From a virus (taxonomy: Duplodnaviria > Caudoviricetes): DNA of 28,308 nt. Positions 1-6,804 of this stretch are shown in pieces (position 1 is the stretch's first letter; each line of letters starts with the position of its first letter). The notes beneath the pieces were generated by a model, which was not told the origin of the DNA, ran no database searches, and saw only the letters and a program-made list of their open reading frames with translations. The position numbers were made by a program, and so were the translations under genes. The stretch lies in IMG/VR virus record IMGVR_UViG_3300020138_000100, positions 1-28,308 of that record. One strand, written 5' to 3'.

Positions 1-93
1 GCTGTTGCTGGCCGCGCCGTAGTCACCGCTGTTGCTGGCCGCGCCGTAGTCACCGCTGTTGCTGGCCGCGCCGCAGTCACCGCTGTTGCTGGC
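1..93 (-). repeat. 27-bp coding tandem repeat (9-aa GD[Y/C]GAASNS), at least 3.4 copies
   Basis: GCTGTTGCTGGCCGCGCCG(T/C)AGTCACC at 1-27, 28-54 and 55-81, plus a partial copy at 82-93. Confidence 0.95.
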
Positions 94-465
94 AAGCCCG
101 TTTTCTTCATCGTTCAGGCCTTTCTTTGCGGGTTTTTTTACGCGCGACATCGTGAAGTCGATCGCAGCCTTAACCATGTCGCCAATGCTGATTTCCGCTT
201 TTACCGCGATCACAGAAGAGGCGTTCTTGTCGTCGCCTTTGTCGATCGTTCCGGATTGCTCGACCAGCGCGAAGCGGCTTTGTGCCGGATTAAAGAAGCT
301 GAAAACGTCCAGCGGGTATTCGCTGGCATGAAACCCGCTGCCGCATTTCTCGACCACGCCCTCGTGCTTATAGGTTTTTCCGATTTCGTACTGAAACCCG
401 CCATGCGCCTTGAGGTCCTTGGAAAATCCCTTGTAGGCGGTCACTTTTGTTTCTTCCTTGCTCAT
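1..465 (-). CDS. Phage protein with DUF7666-like N-terminal domain followed by GDYGAASNS repeats (truncated by window edge; absent from ORF track)
   Basis: Manual translation from ATG 465 (AAGGA upstream): MSKEETKVTAYKGFSKDLKAHGGFQYEIGKTYKHEG...GFHASEYPLDVFSFF...ASNSGDCGAASNSGDYGAASNS, open to base 1. Confidence 0.85.
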   Translation of the reverse strand, partial: MSKEETKVTAYKGFSKDLKAHGGFQYEIGKTYKHEGVVEKCGSGFHASEYPLDVFSFFNPAQSRFALVEQSGTIDKGDDKNASSVIAVKAEISIGDMVKAAIDFTMSRVKKPAKKGLNDEENGLASNSGDCGAASNSGDYGAASNSGDYGAASNS

Positions 466-540
466 CTGTTTTTTCCTTGATTTGGCGGGATGGGTCAGAG
501 CGGGGAGGTGAAACCGCGCTCTGCCCATCCCATAAGCTGT

Positions 541-1338
541 TTAATTTCTGGTGGGCATCGGACGGTCGCCGGGGAAGGTGTCATCGTCTTCGATGATTTC
601 GCCGGTGATGGCGGTTTCGTCTTCCGAAACTTCGCCGGTTTCGGCGTCAATCACGTTTTCGCCGCGGAGTTTGTCATTCAGGGATTGCATGACGTTTGGC
701 ATGCCGCTGTCCTGAACGCTGTAAGCCCCGTTGCCGGTGCTGGTGGCGTCGAGAAGGATGTCTTCATTTTCTTCGCGCGTATGCAGACCCATTGCCAGCT
801 CAGGCGCTATGACGCGCACAAAAAAGGCTGCGGCGCGGTACATGAGCATCTGTTGCGGCATCGTCTTCCACTTGCTGCCTGATTTGGTTTCCCAACCTTC
901 TTTTTTTGCCAGCGCAATGGTCACCCATGAGCCGAACAGCTTTTCTCCGGTGTCTTTTTCGATCGCCCATGCACGGCAGCCCCAATCGTCCTCTCCTTCG
1001 GTTCCACAGAACTCGAAGCGCATCGCGCCAAAACGGCCACAGGTATTGAATGTGGCGATCAGGAATTGCGACGACCAGCCGGGGCGGCCATGCACGATGT
1101 AAAGGTTCTGCATCACCATCAGCGGGTCGGCACCGATGCGGTTGGCCATGTTGAGCGCGACCAGACAGTTCGGAAGGTTTCCTTGGTAGTCCTTCGGGAC
1201 AAGGGTGCTGGCAGACAGCGCTTTTGCCGCGCGCTGCGCCAACTCGAACCCGCTTTGTGTGGTCAGTCCGATTTGAGTGTTTTGTTGCGCGATGGCCGGA
1301 GCCGGCGCGATTGCTGTTTTTTCTGCTGTCTCGATCAT
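541..1338 (-). CDS. recT: RecT/Red-beta-like single-strand annealing protein
   Basis: Motifs LVPKDYQGNLPNCLVA, PLMVMQNLYIVHGRPGWSSQF and WKTMPQQMLMYRAAAFF; acidic tail; directly downstream of the exonuclease. Start moved to ATG 1338 (GGAG SD). Confidence 0.8.
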   Translation of the reverse strand: MIETAEKTAIAPAPAIAQQNTQIGLTTQSGFELAQRAAKALSASTLVPKDYQGNLPNCLVALNMANRIGADPLMVMQNLYIVHGRPGWSSQFLIATFNTCGRFGAMRFEFCGTEGEDDWGCRAWAIEKDTGEKLFGSWVTIALAKKEGWETKSGSKWKTMPQQMLMYRAAAFFVRVIAPELAMGLHTREENEDILLDATSTGNGAYSVQDSGMPNVMQSLNDKLRGENVIDAETGEVSEDETAITGEIIEDDDTFPGDRPMPTRN

Positions 1339-1339
1339 C

Positions 1340-2242
1340 TCAATAATCTCCTTCTGTTTCGTAAAGTTTTCGGACGGCATATTCCGGCGCCACCATCGGC
1401 CGGAAATCATCGTTGTAGCTTGGATAATGGCCTGTCTCGCGGCAGCGCATATAGCGGTCGAGAATGCGGCTCAGGCGCTCTTCTCCCAGCTGCCAATAGC
1501 TTTTCGAGATTTTACCGCCGCTGTAGTTGCAGGCTTGAAATGTGAACTTTCCCTCGATCACGTAAGGTGGCTCTGTTTCGGCCAGCAGGAAAACGTATTC
1601 GAGCGGCCACTCTCCGGTTAAGGCCTTGTAGCCGCGCGCGGTCAAGGCAACAGACAGGTCATAGTGCTTGTCGAAAGCGATGCGACGGAAGCCGTCATCG
1701 TCGGCGCGTCCTGTCGATTTGAGATCAACCAAGATGCCGTCGTCCGGCATGAAGTCGGGGCGGCAGCGGAATTTCAGTCCGGTTTCGGCATCTGTCCAGA
1801 ATATCGAAGCCTCCGCCTTTCCGGGCTTTTCCAGCAGCAGCCGCGCCTTCTGGTTGTTTTTCAGCGATGCCGCCATGCCGTCGATCTGCTCCATTTCGGA
1901 GGGCTGCAAGTCGATGCGTCCGGCAGCGATTTCGAGCTGCTCTTTGTAGGCCTTCGTGCGCAGATCGCGCCGGATTTGTTTCCCGTCTTCGCCCAGCGGC
2001 AAGATGTAATATTTTTTGTCGAAAAGCTCCGGCTCAAACGCGCGGACGTGAACGGCATTGCCAAGACGCATCTGCGGTGTCGATGGCTTTTCGTTTCCAA
2101 GCAGAAAACGCCACTCGAATTTAGCGGGGCAATCGTCAAACACGTCCAGCATGCTTTTGGACAGCACCATGTCGTCGCCCTTTTTGGTGGCGTGGGCGTG
2201 ATAGTCCTCGATCGTCATATCGATATATAGATTTGCCGTCAT
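1340..2242 (-). CDS. RecE/exonuclease VIII-like PD-(D/E)XK nuclease (DUF3799 type)
   Basis: YHA..LSKSML, GNAVH...EP, EASIFWTD...RCRPD...VDLKST catalytic pattern. Confidence 0.88.
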   Translation of the reverse strand: MTANLYIDMTIEDYHAHATKKGDDMVLSKSMLDVFDDCPAKFEWRFLLGNEKPSTPQMRLGNAVHVRAFEPELFDKKYYILPLGEDGKQIRRDLRTKAYKEQLEIAAGRIDLQPSEMEQIDGMAASLKNNQKARLLLEKPGKAEASIFWTDAETGLKFRCRPDFMPDDGILVDLKSTGRADDDGFRRIAFDKHYDLSVALTARGYKALTGEWPLEYVFLLAETEPPYVIEGKFTFQACNYSGGKISKSYWQLGEERLSRILDRYMRCRETGHYPSYNDDFRPMVAPEYAVRKLYETEGDY

Positions 2243-2406
2243 TTTTTTAGTCCCCGTTTCCCGTGAAACTTTTTACAGTCCTCAACCTCTCGGCGCAGGG
2301 CCTCCGTTGCCAGTTTCTTCTTTTCGGCCGCCCGTCTGGCGTAAGCTTGCGTATCAAGCGCATGCGCGGTTTTTACGCGGCGGATGGAGGTGATGCGAAT
2401 AGTCAT
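2239..2406 (-). CDS. Hypothetical small basic protein (55 aa)
   Basis: MTIRITSIRR...; ATGA overlaps with both neighbours. Confidence 0.6.
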   Translation of the reverse strand: MTIRITSIRRVKTAHALDTQAYARRAAEKKKLATEALRREVEDCKKFHGKRGLKK

Positions 2407-2594
2407 TGCGCCCGAACCTCTCCAGTCCCCCCGCTTGCGTCGATGAGAAAAAGATCGAAGTCCCGCCCCCTGATGGTGACGCCGATGCCACTCGACAGAA
2501 GGTCGCATCTGTGATTTTCCAGCACCATGATTGCCTGTCTGCGGTTGATCCCGGCCGCCTTGATTTGGCCGTTGATTGCGACGATGTATCTCAT
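2403..2594 (-). CDS. Hypothetical protein (63 aa)
   Basis: MRYIVAINGQ...; AAGGGG SD upstream; coupled to the next gene. Confidence 0.6.
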   Translation of the reverse strand: MRYIVAINGQIKAAGINRRQAIMVLENHRCDLLSSGIGVTIRGRDFDLFLIDASGGTGEVRAQ

Positions 2595-2687
2595 TTTTTT
2601 TAACCCCTTACTGTCAAAAGAACTTTGCGGACGAGGTTTTCCGGCTCCCGCCATGCGGCGAGCGTGAAGGTGTGGGATAACGACATG

Positions 2688-3014
2688 TCAGATTCTTCCG
2701 GTCATGCACGGGCTGGACAATTTGCGCTCCTCTCGCGCAGCTTCACGAACTTCCTGCGCCACTTCTCTTGCGATGGCAGGATACTGGCGATCAGCTTCGC
2801 GGACAACCTCGACAAGGCTCATCATCTTGTCGCCGATGCCGACGAACAGGCCGTAAAGCGTGTCGTCGATCACCTTGAACTCGTTTTCGTCGATGTAGAC
2901 GTGGGTTGCGGTCCCATTGTCGAACAAGATGTCGATCTTGACGTGCTGGTTGGTCTTTGTGGTCAGCAGATCGTAACCGGAGGGGCTTTTGCTGTGATTG
3001 AAGGTGATGGTCAT
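2688..3014 (-). CDS. Hypothetical early protein
   Basis: 108-aa ORF coupled (ATGA) to the upstream gene; protein-like composition. Confidence 0.7.
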   Translation of the reverse strand: MTITFNHSKSPSGYDLLTTKTNQHVKIDILFDNGTATHVYIDENEFKVIDDTLYGLFVGIGDKMMSLVEVVREADRQYPAIAREVAQEVREAAREERKLSSPCMTGRI

Positions 3015-3319
3015 GCTGCACCGCCTTCTGCCTTGTCGATTGCGGCAAGAGCCATTTTTATGGCGTCATGGAAATTCTCATGCCAGCCGCTGAAATTGTT
3101 CGAGCCATTGGCGTCGCGCAGGGCCTTCAGAGCCGCCAGAAGATCAGGCGCGGCGGCGATCAGGCGCGCGTTTGCCTTGGCGTGGTGCTGACCCATAAGA
3201 TCGCGGCATGGGGTCGCCTTGGCGACGGCAAAGCCATCTGCGGACATGATCGTCCTGCCGGATTTTCCCTTCGCTTTTGCGATGTGCCAAGGGCCGGGCG
3301 TGTGTTTTTCTGTCGTCAT
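3011..3319 (-). CDS. Conserved phage protein (HTPGPW...ANARLIAAAPDLL family)
   Basis: Both widely shared phage motifs present; GGAGG SD before ATG 3319. Confidence 0.8.
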   Translation of the reverse strand: MTTEKHTPGPWHIAKAKGKSGRTIMSADGFAVAKATPCRDLMGQHHAKANARLIAAAPDLLAALKALRDANGSNNFSGWHENFHDAIKMALAAIDKAEGGAA

Positions 3320-3321
3320 TT

Positions 3322-3468
3322 TCAACCCTCCCACCCGTTTCTGCGCGCGTGGTCGAGGATTTCTTCCGCGGTGTCGCAAAACCCGCAGAAAGTCACGATG
3401 TCGCGGCTGGCGTTTTCGGGCCGGTTTTGGATGTCGATAACGATCTCGATGGCCTGTTGTCTTGTCAT
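3322..3468 (-). CDS. Hypothetical protein (48 aa), first gene of PL operon
   Basis: GAGGTG SD before ATG 3468; MTRQQAIEIV... Confidence 0.65.
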   Translation of the reverse strand: MTRQQAIEIVIDIQNRPENASRDIVTFCGFCDTAEEILDHARRNGWEG

Positions 3469-3535
3469 ATTTTCACCTCTTTGAACTCCCCACCGTCTTG
3501 CGAGCCGGATGGCTGATCGGGTGGGGTATGAGGTA

Positions 3536-3587
3536 AATGTAACTATTTTAGTTACCAATGTCAACTAAAAGTAACTAAAAAAGTTAC
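3536..3587 (-). promoter_or_regulatory. PL promoter with two 17-bp palindromic operators
   Basis: Minus-strand TTGACA (3564-3559)-N17-TACATT (3541-3536); operators GTAACT-N5-AGTTAC at 3539-3555 and 3571-3587. Confidence 0.85.
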
Positions 3588-3624
3588 TATTTAATTTACA
3601 TCAAAAAAACAAAGGGATATAAAG

Positions 3625-3662
3625 AAAAAAGCGGCCACCCCGCAAGGGGTGACCGCCGTTTT
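3625..3662 (-). terminator. Intrinsic terminator of the cI-lipoprotein transcript (possibly bidirectional)
   Basis: Hairpin GCGGCCACCCC-GCAA-GGGGTGACCGC (3631-3656), flanked by A6 on the left and TTTT on the right. Confidence 0.8.
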
Positions 3663-3703
3663 GTGGGTGATAGGCTGCCCCGTCTTGGCTGAATGGCCAT
3701 CCC

Positions 3704-3787
3704 TCAAGGGCAGGTCCAGTATGCTGGCCCCACGGACGTACAGGCTGAAAGGCTTAAAATAGCGAGAAGGGAGAGGAGGTTTTTCAT
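3704..3787 (-). CDS. 27-aa mini-lipoprotein or truncated lipoprotein paralogue (absent from ORF track)
   Basis: MKNLLSLLAILSLSACTSVGPAYWTCP*; has a lipobox (LSAC); ATG overlaps the upstream stop (ATGA). Confidence 0.6.
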   Translation of the reverse strand: MKNLLSLLAILSLSACTSVGPAYWTCP

Positions 3788-4347
3788 TTCTTGCACTCAC
3801 CAACGTATTTCAGGCCGACAAGCTCTTTTTTCGCAGCTTCTTCATCAATCACATCAAATTTGAAGGTACCTACATTTTCCTTCCCATGCGTGGCGGCATT
3901 GTAGGTAAAGAGTCCAACCAAGCCGGCACCGGCTTGGGAGCTAACGCGTCCCATATTAGGGGTGACCTTCAAATAGTATGTTTTTCCCGCTTTGGTCTCG
4001 AGATTGTAAGAGGTAGATTCGAGAAAGGCCTTTGATGAAAGGTTTATTTTACCCGATTTTACAGAGGCTGATGTAAATCCGTCAGGTGCGAGAGTGGGGC
4101 ATTTTTTATCTTCATTGATGGCAAAAGACGGGTTTGACCCCCCGCCCATTGTAAGGGGTCTATAAATGACTATAGCGGCTTCGCCTTTTTCGATCTTGGG
4201 AAGTAAAGATGCCTCATAAGACGGTCCGTTCGCCGTGCAGGACGTCAGAAAAATAAAAACCGTTAAAATGGTTAAGCGTTTAATTTTCCACTTGTTTCTT
4301 TGAATAATGCTATCTATAGTTGTAAACAGATGTTTAAAAAAAAGCAT
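3784..4347 (-). CDS. Lipoprotein, DUF2846-like, co-transcribed with repressor
   Basis: KRLTILTVFIFLTSC lipobox; IVIYRP and AGKTYYL motifs; AT-rich; TGATG overlap with the cI stop. True start may lie further downstream. Confidence 0.75.
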   Translation of the reverse strand: MLFFKHLFTTIDSIIQRNKWKIKRLTILTVFIFLTSCTANGPSYEASLLPKIEKGEAAIVIYRPLTMGGGSNPSFAINEDKKCPTLAPDGFTSASVKSGKINLSSKAFLESTSYNLETKAGKTYYLKVTPNMGRVSSQAGAGLVGLFTYNAATHGKENVGTFKFDVIDEEAAKKELVGLKYVGECKK

Positions 4348-4835
4348 CAAATTGTTCCTTTTTGTTTTTTACCGCCTGACTGTTTAGAGTCAGAGCCGCT
4401 GCGTACGCTTTCCGTAGACTCTCCCATTTTTTTTACCACATCGTGCTGCAAGTCAAGTCTAAGATGATCTTGCACCCTTTCTTGGGCGTCTGGGGAGAGG
4501 GATGAAAACGCCTTGTAATATGCGGAGAGGAATCTAGCCGCTTCTGCGCCAGGGTGTTTTTCATCCTTTTCTTTTAAAAAATCCTCTAATTCATGACCTT
4601 CGACGCTAGATATATCGCTAATGATGTCATCAACTTGGCAGTTAAGAAATTTTGCAAAAGCCAATGCCTCGTCCAGACGTATTCTCTGATTTCCCGCCTC
4701 GATTTTCCAAATTTTCTGCTTATTCGCGTTGGTGTCCCCAAGCGAAGCAAGCACACGAGCAAGGTCTTCTTGCGTTTTTTTTGATTTGAGCCGCCAGTAT
4801 TTCAAGTTGTTGGGAAATTTCATTTTTTTGTTCAT
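4347..4835 (-). CDS. cI: CI-like repressor (XRE HTH, no recognisable S24 peptidase domain)
   Basis: NNLKYWR...TQEDLA...IWKIEAG...LAFAKFLNC HTH; divergent from cro across the operators. Confidence 0.85.
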   Translation of the reverse strand: MNKKMKFPNNLKYWRLKSKKTQEDLARVLASLGDTNANKQKIWKIEAGNQRIRLDEALAFAKFLNCQVDDIISDISSVEGHELEDFLKEKDEKHPGAEAARFLSAYYKAFSSLSPDAQERVQDHLRLDLQHDVVKKMGESTESVRSGSDSKQSGGKKQKGTI

Positions 4836-4870
4836 GCTTTCATTTTCGCAACAAAGGCCTTTTGTGGATA

Positions 4871-4922
4871 GAAACTAAATTAGTTACTTTTAGTTGACAT
4901 TGGTAACTAAAATAGTTACCTT
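4871..4922 (+). promoter_or_regulatory. PR promoter with two 17-bp operators
   Basis: TTGACA (4894-4899)-N17-TACCTT (4917-4922); operators GAAACTAAATTAGTTAC (4871-4887) and GTAACTAAAATAGTTAC (4903-4919). Confidence 0.85.
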
Positions 4923-4928
4923 TCGGAC

Positions 4929-5126
4929 ATGATGTCTTTAGATGAATACTTAAAAGCACATAATTTGACGGACGAAGAATTCGGTGAGCGCATAAAACGC
5001 TCGAGAATGCAGGTTTTTCGTTATCGCAACGGGAGGCAGATTCCGCGCCCCGCTGTCATGAAGCGCATCTCCGAAGTTACCGGCGGCGCCGTCACGGCCA
5101 ATTCCTTTTATGGCGGTGGCGCATGA
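4929..5126 (+). CDS. cro: Cro-like HTH protein
   Basis: MSLDEYLK...EFGERIKRSRMQVFRYRNGRQIPRP...ISEVTGGAVTANSF, a typical Cro/YdaS-like pattern. Confidence 0.88.
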   Translation: MMSLDEYLKAHNLTDEEFGERIKRSRMQVFRYRNGRQIPRPAVMKRISEVTGGAVTANSFYGGGA

Positions 5127-5128
5127 CA

Positions 5129-5338
5129 TCATTCCCGCCGTATCTGCCGCGCCACGCGGCGCGTTTCGTCAGCAAGTCCTTTTATCCAAAGCGGGTATGG
5201 GGTTTGCTGCGCGGTGCTTTCCAGCATGTTCGCAATCGTCAGCAACCGCTTTGCCGTCACGTTGGCGGGAAGGTCGGCGGGGCCTGCCAGCCCGCGCCGA
5301 TGCAGCGGAAATTCGATAACTTTGTCATTGGGTTCCAT
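5129..5338 (-). CDS. Hypothetical protein (69 aa), antisense within the PR operon
   Basis: GGGAGG SD; MEPNDKVIEFP...; fits between cro and the next gene without overlapping either. Confidence 0.55.
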   Translation of the reverse strand: MEPNDKVIEFPLHRRGLAGPADLPANVTAKRLLTIANMLESTAQQTPYPLWIKGLADETRRVARQIRRE

Positions 5339-5385
5339 TTCAAGTCGCCCTCCCATGTGTTCAAAAATCACATGGAGATAAGGAA

Positions 5386-5751
5386 ATGTCTTTCAAGAAA
5401 AGCGCTGAATCATTCAGCAAGGGGGGCAAGATGAGTGCTGCCTCAATTACAAACGAAACCATCACAAAGGCCGTATCTTCCGCTTTACGCCGGACGGTTG
5501 GTTATATGCCATCCGCGCCGAAGATTGTTGCGGGAAAAGTTCAAAGAAACCCACGCGCCGCACGCAATTGGCTTGAAGGCCACAACGCCCCACGCGCCGC
5601 AGAGCTTATCGAGCTTATGCGCGAGTTTGACGAGGTTTTTGAAGAGGTCATGCGCCTTGCAGATCGGAAGCTGGAAAATCAACAGCCCCCTACGCTGGAC
5701 AGAATACATCGTGCCATCAAGATCTTGTCGGGTGACGAAAATGACAGGTGA
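5386..5751 (+). CDS. HTH regulator in CII position
   Basis: PKIVAGKVQRNPRAARNWLEGHNAPRAAELIELM HTH-like segment; SD upstream; position after cro. Confidence 0.7.
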   Translation: MSFKKSAESFSKGGKMSAASITNETITKAVSSALRRTVGYMPSAPKIVAGKVQRNPRAARNWLEGHNAPRAAELIELMREFDEVFEEVMRLADRKLENQQPPTLDRIHRAIKILSGDENDR

Positions 5752-6298
5752 GATTTGGTTAGAAATCAAAGGCTTTCCTGAATATCAGGTAAGCAGCAAA
5801 GGCAATGTCCGCCGAAAAAAAAGCGGCAGGCTTTTGAAAGCAACGCCGGGCGGTACGGGGTATCGCTCTGTCAAGCTTTGCGTTGGTGAGCGCAGATTGG
5901 ATTGCCGCGTCAACAGGCTTGTTCTGGAAGCTTTTGTCGGCCCTGCGCCCAGCGGCAAGCACCAAGCGGCGCACAATGACGGAAACCGCCTGAATAATGC
6001 CGTTGAGAACTTGCGGTGGGCGACACCGAAAGAAAACTTTTCCGATAGAAAAAAGCATGGCACTTGGCCATGTGGAGAAAATGGCCCGGCTACTTTAACG
6101 GAAGTTCAGGTAATCGAAATCCTGAAAAGCAACCTGCCAAACAGGACGCTGGCCAGATTGTGCGGAGTAGGGGAAGCAACCATAACCGCGATCAAAAAAA
6201 GACAAACGTGGGCACACGTAAACATTCTTGGGGGAACAGATGAAATCCATTCTGATCGAGTTTCATGCTTGGGAAAAACCGAGGACGGACAAGGGTAG
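5741..6298 (+). CDS. NUMOD4-HNH homing endonuclease
   Basis: EIWLEIKGFPEYQVSSKGNVR (NUMOD4); RLVLEAFVGP...HNDGNRLNN..ENLRWATPKEN (HNH); C-terminal HTH. Start trimmed to ATG 5741. Confidence 0.9.
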   Translation: MTGEIWLEIKGFPEYQVSSKGNVRRKKSGRLLKATPGGTGYRSVKLCVGERRLDCRVNRLVLEAFVGPAPSGKHQAAHNDGNRLNNAVENLRWATPKENFSDRKKHGTWPCGENGPATLTEVQVIEILKSNLPNRTLARLCGVGEATITAIKKRQTWAHVNILGGTDEIHSDRVSCLGKTEDGQG

Positions 6299-6407
6299 AG
6301 GCTGGCGCTCTTTCACTTGCGGCCCCATCACTGTGTTTGTTTTTCACTACAGCCTTGCGGTGCGACTTTCGACAGCGCTCTTGCGGGAGAGGGCGAAAGC
6401 TCGATGA
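6240..6407 (+). CDS. Hypothetical protein (55 aa; absent from ORF track)
   Basis: GGGGA SD; MKSILIEFHAWEKPRTDKGRGW...RERAKAR*. Confidence 0.5.
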   Translation: MKSILIEFHAWEKPRTDKGRGWRSFTCGPITVFVFHYSLAVRLSTALLRERAKAR

Positions 6408-6468
6408 GCCGCCTTGAAAGTATAAGAGCGCTGCAACAGCAACGGATACCGATAAAGGGAGGGAATAC

Positions 6469-6804
6469 ATGAGCCTCATATCGATAGTCTCTATCTTCAT
6501 GGCCGGTGCCGCGGTTTCCAGTTTCCTTTGGCAAAAAGCGTCTCTGAGGACTTCCGAATGGGAAGGATCCTGCTCTTTGACGAATTGGGAGGAGCTGGAA
6601 AAGATGCGGGAGAGGCGGAAAAAAGAATTGGATGCCATTGAAAAATCTCTTCCCCCATGCCGCGAATGCGATGGAAGAATGTTTGTTTTTATAGATGTAC
6701 GGCATTGGGAGAATTATTGCTATTGCCCGAACGTAAATTGCACAGAATACCACCGCTCGTTGCCGGTTTTGGAATGCGGATATCAAAAAGAAGGAGATCA
6801 ATAA
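6469..6804 (+). CDS. Membrane-anchored putative zinc-finger protein
   Basis: N-terminal hydrophobic helix, charged coil, CREC...CYCPNVNC; GGAGG SD. Confidence 0.7.
   Translation: MSLISIVSIFMAGAAVSSFLWQKASLRTSEWEGSCSLTNWEELEKMRERRKKELDAIEKSLPPCRECDGRMFVFIDVRHWENYCYCPNVNCTEYHRSLPVLECGYQKEGDQ

Noticed and set aside
1-93. 27-bp repeats as a CRISPR array or DGR template/variable repeat
   Set aside because: The units are contiguous with no spacers and read in frame as a peptide repeat; no cas or reverse transcriptase gene is in the window.
4336-4343. T8 tract just after the lipoprotein start as a phase-variation or frameshift site
   Set aside because: Similar homopolymers are frequent in this AT-rich region; there is no evidence without read data.
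5123-5434. Plus-strand ORF coupled to cro
   Set aside because: Composition looks non-coding and it overlaps the CII-like gene. The minus-strand ORF has a better SD and fit, though the plus ORF is not fully excluded.
5435-5740. N-terminal extension of the HNH endonuclease in the ORF track
   Set aside because: Overlaps the CII-like gene; the NUMOD4 domain begins at ATG 5741.
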